Shown here piece after piece: positions 27,001 to 39,000 of a DNA stretch of 64,000 bases. The notes beneath the pieces are model-generated. The model was given only the letters and a program-made list of their open reading frames with translations. It had not been told where the DNA came from and did not search any database. The translations under genes were made by a program, and so were the position numbers. Within the stretch, counting starts at the first letter, position 1. Each line of letters starts with the position of its first letter. Where the stretch lies: NCBI GenBank assembly GCA_024231025.1, contig JAAEQW010000139.1, positions 7,851-71,850 on the forward strand, given 5' to 3'. The DNA is from Candidatus Omnitrophota bacterium. GTDB lineage: Bacteria > Omnitrophota > Gorgyraeia > Duberdicusellales > 4484-171.

Positions 27001-30000
27001 CCATCCTTTAAGCTGCAACTCGCTAAGCTCGCTAAGCTTAAGTGCGCTTTTTGCCTCATCTTCACTGATTATTGCAGATATCTCTTTCACTTCGCTATCA
27101 AGAGGATCATGATCGTTCTGAAGATTATCTATCTCATCATTAAGCTGCGACATGGTATCTTCTATTTTGCCCACACTTTCGCAATTTAGATCTATCTCAC
27201 GAGATAAAGATTGCACCTTTCTTTTTAGCTCCTCAAGACTCTCATCAACGCCCTCTCGTTGCTCTTGGTTTTCTTTTAGACTTTCATTTATTTCTTTATA
27301 AGTTTGCTTAGCTGCATTTAAGTCTTCGTTTGCCTTTGTTAATGCTTTTGTGTCTTTAGCAACTTCAAGCTCCTGCGTTCGAAGCACCAATACACTCTTA
27401 GCTATTTTCAAATCTTCATTGGTTTTATTAATTTCTTCCTCTTTGTTTTGTTCTTCTCTGCTTATCTCATCTTCCAAAAATGTAATACCTTGTTGCGTTT
27501 CACTGAGAAGCCCTTCTCCGCGTGCAATAGCCTCTTCGTGAGATTTTCGTTCATTTTTTACATCGCTACGCTCTGTGCCAAGACTTATTAATCGCGCTGT
27601 TGCCGCGGTGTATTCATCATCTTCATTTGATAACTCTTCCCTCAGAGAATTTAAGGAACGCTCGATCTCTTCTGCGGCAGAAATAAACTTTTCAATTTTT
27701 TTAACCCGACCTAAATCATCAATTGTACGTTGTTTGTTATTTATATCTGTTTCTATTTGATTTCGCGCTTCTTCTTTTTGTTCAATATCAAGATCTAAGA
27801 GCCTAAGATCATTTTCATCGGTTTCTTTTTGCTTAAGCATTTCAGAAAAATTTGCCTTAACAGTTTCTAGATCTTGCTTCAAAGTTGCCAAAGCTTCTAG
27901 ACGCGCTGGAGTAACCGTTTGCGTTAATTCGCTGTGCCTAACATTTAGTTGTTCTAGCTTTTGAGAAGCCGCCGTTAATTCATTGTCTGATGTTTCAAAC
28001 GCTAGCCTCAATTCTCTTAATTCTTCCCTGGCTCGGTTTAACAACGCCTCACCATCTGCTTGCTCTTTTTCTAAAACCACTAGCCCATCTTGCCAAACTT
28101 TACGTTGCCTTAACTCAGCAATCTCTTCTATTTTAGCGCGAACTTTATTTGACCTTTCTGTTAGTGTTAGTGTTAGCGAGTGCGCCTTCTGCTCTAATTC
28201 TGCACGCTTCTTCTTAGCAATATTTTTTTGATGTTTGCGATCAGCAGCTGCTAGATTAGAAAAAGAAATTTCAAAATCGCATTCACCCTTGACGTCAGTT
28301 TTTAGCTTGGCTATTTCTGAGAAAGGTAAATTGCTCATAGACTTCTCATAATCGGTTTTGATTTTCGCAACCTCTTTTTCTATTCTATCAATTTCATCAG
28401 TAAGTTCTTTTTCTGAATTCCAAACAGTAAGATATTCTTGTTCGGCATTCGATTTGTCCGTAGCTTGCTGATCGCGCATCGTTTCTATTGACCGTTCGTT
28501 TTTAGCAACAGTATCGTGTTTTGATAATGCTGTTTGACGTAATTCTGCATTAAGAATTTTTACAGCTTGACTTGTTCCTTCGTTTTCAGCTTTTGCGGTG
28601 CTAATTTGATTTTCGCAGTCAGAAAGACTTTCTCTGGATAAACCCAAATTATTTTGAAGTGTTTGGCGTTCTGCAGTTAAGCTTTCAATACGCGTTTCGA
28701 CACCTTTTGGATCGCCAAGTTTTTTGGTATCGTCACCAAGGGAAGATATAGATCGCAACTTATCGCTCACGTCTTTGTCAAAAGAAGTAATTTGCTCTTT
28801 TAGACCTTCACTCTGATGTTCTAATCTCCTCTGATGATCACCTAGAAAAATGCAATTTTCATCAACAATCGGGAAACGTTCCCGCTGAACACGTTCTAGA
28901 TAATCTTTAACCATACCCGCTTGTTTGATTGCCTCACTATTTTCTGCCGCATTGAAAGATGCAACTTGCCCAACGAGAAAGCTTTCCATAACAAAAATTC
29001 TTCTGGAAACATTTCGATATAATTGATAAAGACTTTCACGTAAATCGTATAAGCTATTTTCATCTAAAATACCATCTGCCACTACCGCGCGATACGCTTT
29101 CATCTCACGGGCATGATTGGAGAGTAATTCTTTCAAATCCCCGATTACACTTTCATCCAATTGGCTCAATTGTGAAACTTCAATGTCTAGCCCTTCTTCT
29201 TCGGTAGCTTCTTCTAAGGTAAAGTCCCCTTCCTCGAAGTCATCAGCGCCTAGGGCATCTTTTTCTAATTCAAAGTCCCCTGGTGCAAAGTCGTCAGCGC
29301 TTAGAACATCTTCTCCTAATTGAAAGTCCCCTTCCTCGAAGTCGTCAACAGTTAGTGTTTGGCCGCTTTCTTCTTCATTATCGTTACCACCATTGCTGCC
29401 TAGAATTCCTAAGATTCCACCACCCAAACAAATTGTAACAGCAAGTGCTAAAGAGCTTGGGGTTGTTTCTTGTGAAAAATAATCTGCTACCTTCTGAAAG
29501 TCAAAATATGGCAATATATTACTAACAAAGAAGCTGACTGCTTTTACAGCCATAAACACAAGCGGAATAATTGCAAATGGAATAAGGCCACACAATGGCA
29601 TCGGCTTAGTTCTATTTAATAATTCGCCAACAACGTTATAAAAATTCTCACCTTTAATAATTGTTCTTGCAAATAATTCCCAAGCCTCTTCGCTATTGCC
29701 AAAAAGCCTTAGCGTTATCCCGGCAAATAATTCTCCCTCATAACTGGAAAAAGTTGCTTTTATGGCATGCGACTTACCTTGACGCTGGCTTACAAGTTCA
29801 AGGGTAGTTCTAGATAAAGCGCCTTCTTTTGCCGCAAGAATTACATCCAACGCAATACCGTTTAATAGCATTTGTCCGATATCTTTCCCTTGGTTAAAAG
29901 CTTTCAACCTAGGGGCATCTTCTGCACTGTATGCGCCGTCACTATCTGCGTCAAAGCCACCATTTGTGTATTTATCAGCCAAACGTAACCTCGCATAATA

Positions 30001-33000
30001 AGCACCCATTGCTTCTTTATGGTGAGGAGTTCTTGGCAAAATCCCTTCAAAGCACAAAAAATGAGTTAGCTCTTCAGGGAAAACAGCTTCAAGTTGCCGA
30101 GGCGTTTGCGCCGCGCTCATCGCAATTGTTGAACCTTTTTTTGTAGAAGAAGTTAAATCGTTAATGAGGCCGGCCTCTTTCATCATTCTGATCGTTTCAG
30201 GTTTAATTTCTTCATTTGGCATCTCTTGGGGGAAAAGATCACTAAATGTTAATGGCTTTATCGCCTTGTGTATAAACCTTTTTAGAGTTTCTTGCGTAAA
30301 CCTTTCTGATTTTATATATGGCCAAAACTTCCTAACAAAAAATCTAATATTTTCGTCAAAAACTATTCTCTGAGCATAATAAAAACTCAATTCTGCTCCG
30401 AGATTAATGATCATTCTGAGCTGCCTTACCAAAACAGCAAACTTTATTTCCGAAATATCAGACGCAAAACTGTGCAAATTTTCGCCATCAACTTTCAAAT
30501 CTTTAAGATATCCGGCAGAAGTCACAAGGGCAGTTTCTAATTCCGCACGCTTTGTTAGGCGTTGACTGCTATCATCCTCAAACGCTCTTACGACTTGGCT
30601 ATGTGCCTTATCAAGCTCGACTAAAGAAAGAATTAGTTGAGCGATTTTATTACCTCTTTCACAACATACCTGGGAAGCACTTACATCAGGCGCTAAATTT
30701 TTTTCCGCCTGAGACGTCACGTTAGCCTTACCTTTGCGCATCGCTTCAAGTTGACGCTTCTTTCCATTTGCGTGGCGTTCTAGTCGATCCCTACCTGGTG
30801 CGGTTTCGTGCACAACCACTTGTTCAATAAATGTATCATAGCGATAATCTCTATTGGCACCAACCAAAGCTGTTCGAATTTCACTATAAGATAGGACCAA
30901 GCTCATCTCGCCGCCATTACTTTCAGCAATTGGTAAAACTCTTCCATGCTTTTTAAAAATCGCACCATTAATGATTTCAGTATCTTTAATGAGTTCTTCA
31001 ATATCATTGAAAATGTCTTCGTTGCGTCGGTCGATAAGCCATAACCTCATTTCCGCAATTGCAGGGAAGTTGTGGCTTCTAGAAAGTTCTGCTTTGAGCT
31101 CTTCTTTTAATTTACTAATTACTGGTTTTACGCTTTTACCCGTTAGCAATTTAAGTACTTCTTCAACATATAAACGCTCAAGAATGCTAAAAACGTGTTT
31201 GGTCGCGTCAACATTATATATTGCCTTATTATCCTGCCCCCAGGAGTATTCACCCGACCAAAACCATTCTGACACTTTTACTTTCTTCTTATTTTTTTCA
31301 TCGTACTCTCTTCGTTTACCCTTAGTAGGCCTTCCGGTTAAATCCACGACGAGTTTTCCGGCGTCAAATTTCCGACAAGCTTTACGACGAATTCTTCGGT
31401 TAGCTCTGCGACGAGTTTTAAGGTGAATTCTACGGCGAGCTTTCCGACAAGCTTTACTGCGAGATTGTCGCTGAATTATACTAGATTCTATAGTAACCGC
31501 GGGTTCTACGGAAACAAAAACAATATCTTCCAATTGTAAAAAAGCAAACCCTACCTTTCTGGGGTCCATCTCATCATCTAAAGACAAGAAACACTCCAAA
31601 CCGAATCCGGTTCTTTTAGCCATGTCTCTAACTGCGGCTGCCTTATTCACATCAGCCCTTAACACATCAACGCTGGTAGTACCGCCCTCAGTCACCACCA
31701 AACTAGCGTCTGAAGGACCTAGTGCTACCTTGCGGTTGATATTATTAACAATATCCTCAACAATTTCACCTAAAATTTCTCTCGCTGATTTTTCATTGAG
31801 TATTTTCTTGCTAGGATATATTCGCGTAAAAGTATATCCAACAATTGCTCCTGCGGAATCTTTTCTTGTATCAATCAACGGCCAATCATCCGGCAACGCA
31901 GATAAAGGATCGGCTGCGTCACACGATAATTGCTTTGTTAAATTTTTTACATTTTTCGGCTCTATATTCGAACCATGTAAAACTTTGTATAAATCACCAA
32001 TAATTTTAGGTAGGTTTTCTTCTATTCTTTCTGACACCCTCACCTCTTTGTAGTGCTTATTAAACCAATCCCTGTGCGCTTTACTTGAACTACCACTTAA
32101 AGAGTGTTTAATTTTCCCAATGAGATCACCGTGCTCATCTTCATTATCTAATAGCGATCTATTTTTTGCGATTGTGATTATAATTGTTTCCCAAATCCCG
32201 CAAATACGTTTTAACGAGCTTTGCAATAAATGTTCTTGGTCGTCATTAAACCCTTTGGTATAGCGGGTGTCATCCTTAAAACCTCTGCCGGCCTCGTCAA
32301 TAACCCTTCTGACTCCACCGCTATAAGCATAAATGCTGAAACGCTCAAAAAGACAATCAACAATAAATTCAGTTAAAGAACGACCCTGCTGACGGTCAGG
32401 TTGATTACCGGAAATAACCGCATAATGAAGACCCCACAAAAGAAACCTATTTTTATACTCAACAATCTTAAAATCTTCCGGATCATTACGCAAAGCGGTA
32501 GTTAAATCCATATCCGTGGCAATCACTCCTCGGTTGATACGCTTGATCCCTCTCAATACTTTTTTATCAATTACTAGTTTTCCGTAACTATCAAATTCTA
32601 TTCCTTCAAGCGGCTCAGTAGTGTCTTGCAGACGGAACTTATAGCCTGAGTCATAAACAACTAGTTCTGCCTTTTTGCGAACTAAAATATCTAATAGGCT
32701 TCTTCCTTCGATAGTTTGAGCTTGGGGCCCTAGTTTCTCGATTAACGCTAGGAATTGACGGCAGACTAAAACAGTTAACATGCTTTTACCTTCGATCAAA
32801 CTTGGACCATAACCATTTTGCTTTATTTGCCGGGAGAACTCTTCATCCTCAATATTATTTCTCGAATGAAGCGCTATAAGATTTTGCCAAACAATTACCG
32901 CTAAAGCCTTTCGTTCTAATTGATCTAATTTTTTTCTAGGCTCTTGAAACCGACGCTCCACAAGCTTAGAGTCTGTTAATTCGATACCGGCAAAATTATC

Positions 33001-36000
33001 GCCTTCAGTTTGCCAGGTTTGCCTTTGGTTAGCTATCATTTTGGCAGTTCTAAGCATTGCTTCAAATTGCAAATAAGAAAAATTAAAATCTTCAGCAGGA
33101 TTACGCTCTATATATTCAAACTTCTTTTCTAAAGCATCATAAATTCTTCTTCTTAACTGTTCAATGTTGCTGAGACTACTAAGCAATTGCAACGGAGTGC
33201 TGGAATAATCGTTAGGATTATTTTTAATATCCTCAATGAAATCTCCTAACAACACTCTAGAGGACTGTCTGTTTTCTCGAATTTCTTGCGAATTAAGAAG
33301 ATAAATATAAACGCGAACATATTCCCAATTATAATCTTCACTCGAATAACAATGAAAAATGCCCTTTTCATCATAATGAGGCTCTCCGTTAAAACTATTT
33401 TTGCCAATTTTTTGGTTTCCTTTGCTTAAAACACCCAAATGATGTAGCCGATTTTCATCAACCGGAGAAAGTTCGATTCTTTCTCGAAGCAAACGGCAAG
33501 CCGCTTCTTTGTAATTCTCAATTTTAGGTTTTCCTTGATTGTCTTTTTCGCAACGAAGATGACCCGTCGCAGAAAGATCCTTTCTTCCATGATCCCGCAC
33601 TGGAATTATGACCTCGCCAGTTTGCCAATCTAAAGCTAATACCGCAACAACACCATGGCAGCATAAACCTTCCGATGATAATTTGTGCCCATCTATCCAG
33701 CTACTTGGCTTTGGATCATTACTATATGAAACATTTCGGTCAATATTTCCATTTGCTTGATTAACCCTAACAAGATCGTGCCTGCGTTCATACATCAGAC
33801 CAGTATTACCTTCTCCAATAGCAATTACTGTCTTATTGATTTGCGATACTAAATTATCCAGCTGGTCTTTTGATCCTTTAGGAGCTCTCTCGATAATATC
33901 ATAAGGCAGCTTTTTGTATTCTTCATAGTAGTAAATCAAGGCATTAATAAAAATCGGCCAAGCCGAAAGAGCACTGCCTTCATCATCATCCAATAAATCA
34001 CCCTCAATTAAACGCTTGCGCCCTTCTTGATATTTCGCCTTAACACTTTGATAAAGAGTTCTAATTCGCACACGGGGGGCTCTTAATAACTCTAATTGCG
34101 CTTGTTTTCCGTCTTTACACTTGGCGCAAGACTCATGCGTCTCGACCTGCTCAATCACAAACTCCGCATCAGAAGGCGATAAAAGGTTTTCAATCCCACT
34201 TGGGCTAGTTTGCCAAGCAATTGTGTAGTCATTTTCTGCTTCTACTCTTTTTGCGATTGACCGACCGTTGGTCTCCCGCTCTAGTTGTTCAACTAAATTA
34301 GCTAATCTGATTATTTGGTCGGCAATATCGGCATTGTCTGAATTATTAGCCCAACTGCGAATTTCACTGCTCTTGGGGAAGTTGTGGCCGCGGTCTTCTA
34401 CCATGCCAAAAACATACGCTGCAAGTTTATTCTCATGTTGAGAAACAGCTTTTTTTGCTTTTACTAATTCACGCATCAGGTCAAACTGAGCTTCAATCCC
34501 ATTTTCATGACGCTCTTGACCATTTTCACCTGGCGCTAATTCATGGATTTCTACTTGTTTAATAAAAAATCTATACCGATGAGCTCTTTTAGCTTTAGTT
34601 AATGCTTCTTCCATATCCTTAACGGATAACGCCCAATTTAAACCCCAACATATGTCGTCGCCACTCCACCGCGCAATCGGCAAGTGCTTCTCATATCTTC
34701 TAAAAATCTCACCATCAATAATTTTAACATCCTCAATAAGCTCTCTTAGCTGCTCAACAATATCCGCGTTCTTCGCACACCACCCTGAATCATTAAGATA
34801 TTTTTCTAGATCCAAGGCTGTAGGGAAGTTGTGGGAAGATCCACGCCTTAGCGTCTTAGCCACTAGCTGATAGACTTCTTTCCATTTTGACTTGCGCGAA
34901 TGATCGCGCAAATTCATTACTCGCGAAATCACACCTAAAGCTACACCAAAACAACCAACTAATATTACTATAAAATCCTTCGTATTCTCTGCATAATCCA
35001 TGCTCAACTGCCATTGGGCGAGACGGTAAATGCTTACGGAGAAGGTAGCTGCAAGAATATAATGTCTAAACTTAGAAACAGATCCATTAAGCATCCTAAT
35101 AAGCATTATAGAATTCATAATTACAAGTGCAATTAGCGCATTGTCTCTCGTGAAAAGTGAAGACAGGATATTATTTATTGAGACAGTTTGCGCAGTTGCT
35201 GAGGCAACTAAAGTGCTAGTGCTTGCTTCTGCTGAGCTGCAACCAAAAAGAAACGCTGCTAAACCACCAAAGAATAAGATCACGCTAGACCCTAACCAAT
35301 GTCTTCTAAACGCTGGTGTCGTGCGGGTGTTAACATCAACAAAGTTATATATTGCAAACACCATCGCTGCTGAAACAAGCGCTACCAACCCACATTCTTG
35401 AATGAAAGATGAAGGCAACAGCCTATCCCCTACTGTTGCAAGCCACCCCGCGGCTTCCTGCGCCCGGGCGGAGATGCTGGCTAGGGTAAAAATTGCAAAG
35501 GATAATAAGATTGAATAAGTTTTATTACCGCTATTTGCACCGATTTTCAGTATAGATAAGACAACCATACCCAAGCCAGCAAAAATTGCAGCAGGCAACT
35601 CACCTGTGAGAACATCCACAGCCAAAACGGTGCCAATAAATAGGGTTATTCTTTTCAATAATCCTAAAATTATATTGCGAGGGGTTACAGACAGCGCCTG
35701 TTTTACCAGCCTTTCCCACTCAGGCAAAGGCACAAGCCCAATATCATTATTCGTTGTTATGTAGGTAAGGTGAGTTTCTAATAAATCGTTATTATTTAAG
35801 TCTCTTATGGTTAAATTGCATACTTCTTCTTCGGATAGGTTAGGATCGCGTAAATGATAGAATTCGTGGAAGCGGAAAATAATACGTAGTTGCTCCGGCG
35901 GTGCACGTAGAGTAAGTGGATTAATATATAGTCGGCCGTCAATTATTGCTGGTGCACCAAGCGATGGTGAGATGAGTATATCATTATTGGTAAATTCTAT

Positions 36001-39000
36001 CCCCTGACTCTTTAGATAATCACGCCCGCCAAAAGCAGTATAGATAATTTTGAGTTCGTCATCCGTTGCATTACGATCAGGAAGATTTTCGGTTGGCATG
36101 GTGGCGGGAAAGTTATGGCTGCCTTTTTCCTTGGTCAACTGCCCAGCCACTAATTGATAGACTTCTTTCCATACATTAAAATACTGACCACTTTGTGCGG
36201 CATAAGAGATTATAAAAGACCAAATAACAAACACACCGCTTTGCATAAGGAAAATATGTTTAGGAAAATATACAAAAGCAATTAAGTTAATTATCCCCCA
36301 AATCGGAAGAATAGTAATAACAAGTGTTGTTGGGATCTTTAAAAAACGCCTCCATCCAGAAACTGAAGAATTAATAAAAGGTTCCTTGCCACTTTCTTCT
36401 AACGACTTTCCTTCAACCAAAAATTTATTCAGAAAAACATCAAACCAAAAACTACCGCTAAGGCCCCAAAGTACTAAGTCAATAGCCCACATAATAAGAG
36501 CGGGATGATTACCAACCAAATTAGAGGTGAGGTTAGCGTAATAGGGCAAAGCCATACCAAGCCAAGCCATTCCCCAAATCGGACCAAATATAAAAATCGC
36601 GGCCAAAGCCACGCGCAATAGTTTGCCCGGAATAAGTTTTGCCTGTTTATTTTTTATGTTTATAGCAGTAAGCTGGGCAAAATAGTTTCCCAAAACCCGT
36701 GAAGAAACAGCAACCACTATAATCCGAGAGATACTATTTACATAACTAAATTCAGCGCTTGCAGTCCCAAACCAAAATAAGCTGATCAACGCACCATGCA
36801 CCAAAGAAACTGCTAAAACCACCTGTTTCGGATATTTTGTGAAAATCCGATTAATCTTACCTTGAATAGCTTCCAGCCTAGAAGTGCCGCCTCTTGCGTC
36901 TTCAGTCAACTCCGCTCGATATGCTTGGTGCTCACTTGCTCCGCTATTACTATTCGCACCACGCGCTGTGTCTTTTACAGAAAGAGCATCTGTAATCTCT
37001 TCAATACTTGCAGCAGGATCTTGCGGATTAAACTGCACCACCTTCATTCCTGCTTTACGCGCACCATCGATGTTAACCTCAAGATCGTCAACAAACAAAC
37101 ATTGATCAGGGGTAAACGAAACTGAATCAAGCACCGCCTGATACATCAACGGATCTGGTTTACGTGCACCAATATTCTGAGAAGCAAAAATATCGCACTC
37201 GGCTATTTCTAAAGAACGAAACGTCGGGATAATCCTACGGTAAAACATCGGATTGTTATCAGTTAAAATCCTAATTGCATAACTTCTCTGCTTTAAATCT
37301 TTAATCAAAGTTGATATTTCCGGAATAAGATCGCCACAAAGATTATCGTTAATAACCTCAAACCCTGCTTTGCTTACTCTACTCCCTGAGACACCTCTTT
37401 GCTCAAACCACTTCTTAGTGGCCTCAACTAACTCTTCGTCTGTCGCAATTTGCCCTCTATCAAACTTATAAAACGGATTGTTCACATCATCAATCCTTCC
37501 GCTCCAATACTGCCCTGCTACTTCTGGCGAACATCCAAATTGTTTACTAATGTCATCAACCACCTCTTCTTCGTTGTGACGGACAATCACATTTCCCACA
37601 TCAAAAATAACGCATTTGACCACACTATTTATATCTTTTATCACTCTTGTTTTTTTGCCCTCGGATATACTTTCTACACTATATTGAGCAATCTTGGTAG
37701 TAAGACTATCAAAATGCTCATCCAGCTCATTAACACCTGGCAGAAGACTGAACATATGGTGGAAGTGCTTGCTGTTGACACTAGCTCCAGCCCACAAACT
37801 TTGGTATATAATTGCTCCATTTGTTCGGTAGGCTAAATCAACGAATGCGAAAGCGTCTTTAGCTTCGAAATATTGTCTTTCTCTCTGGGCTAATACAAAT
37901 GTTGCGTAGTAATCCTCAGATGGCTTAGCATTGGGAATAATGTGCCAGCGAGATTTTTGTTCAATAAAACCATCTAAGTCCATGACTGCTAAGGCTTCTA
38001 TTATTTCCTGCTTGAGAACAACAAATCTATCATTATCTAAAGTTACCTCCGCAATTGCTGCACGAATTTGGTCTTGACTATAGCGATGGAAATCTTCTTC
38101 TGAGAAAGAAAATCTCCTCATCACCTCATGCGCCCCCACACTCCGTCCGTCAAGAATATCTGATTCACCTTTTTCTCTTGGAACTACAATAAGTGAATCC
38201 TTGCGGCCCAAAAGATCAAAAGGGATATCTTTGCTCTGAAGAACATCGATTATTGTATAAAATATCAGTGCGCTAACTTTTTGATCAAGCCCTTTTACCA
38301 CAAAACCATTCGGTTCTTTTAATTGTGCTAAATCAACTGTAACTGGCCTAACTCTTGCATCCAATCTTTTAATTTCGCCAAGTTTTAACCCATAGCTAAT
38401 TGCGTTATCTGCAGTTACAACATCGGCAAAGAAAAACTTTGGCTCCTGCTTAAGCTTAATCTCGGAAAGATCGAGCCACTCTGCTTTTTTCAATTTGCTT
38501 CCTCCGGGCCATATACCACATAAAAAAGGACCCTTCCACTCTAAAATCTTCAGCTTTTCTCGGGCCTTGCTAGAAATAGCAAAACCGATTTTTTTCTTCC
38601 ACAATCTCTCCCAACGAGTTTTTATTTCGGATGCTAAATCATGGGTGGCCCAGCTATTTATGCCCTGCTCTAAGATGCTGAGCAGCCTAAAGATGGTCTT
38701 TGCATAATTGTACTCGCTCTTTTTAACCGCCGCCAAAGCAGCATCATTTAATAATTGAGACAGCTTTTCAGCCAAATCAGCAGGTTCTTGAGTTTGCCAA
38801 TTCTCCACAACATAATCAGCTTCTAATCTATACGGATAACTAAATTTTGCTGCACGTCGCCGAATTCTCGACCACCGACGCACACTAGATAAAACTGAAT
38901 CACCGTTTTCTAAGCCCCGGTTAATATATCGCAACAACCTTATGTCGGATGGTGCTCGAAAATACACCTTCAATGTTTTACGATTCAAGCTAGCAATTAT

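Noticed and set aside
17750-28900. SMC/SbcC or phage tape-measure gene
   Set aside because: No Walker A/B or hinge motifs, no phage genes, and the region is in frame with the rest of the giant ORF.
18063-29358. 54-bp and 51-bp tandem repeats as CRISPR arrays
   Set aside because: Units are multiples of 3, encode peptide repeats and have no unique spacers; no cas genes are present.
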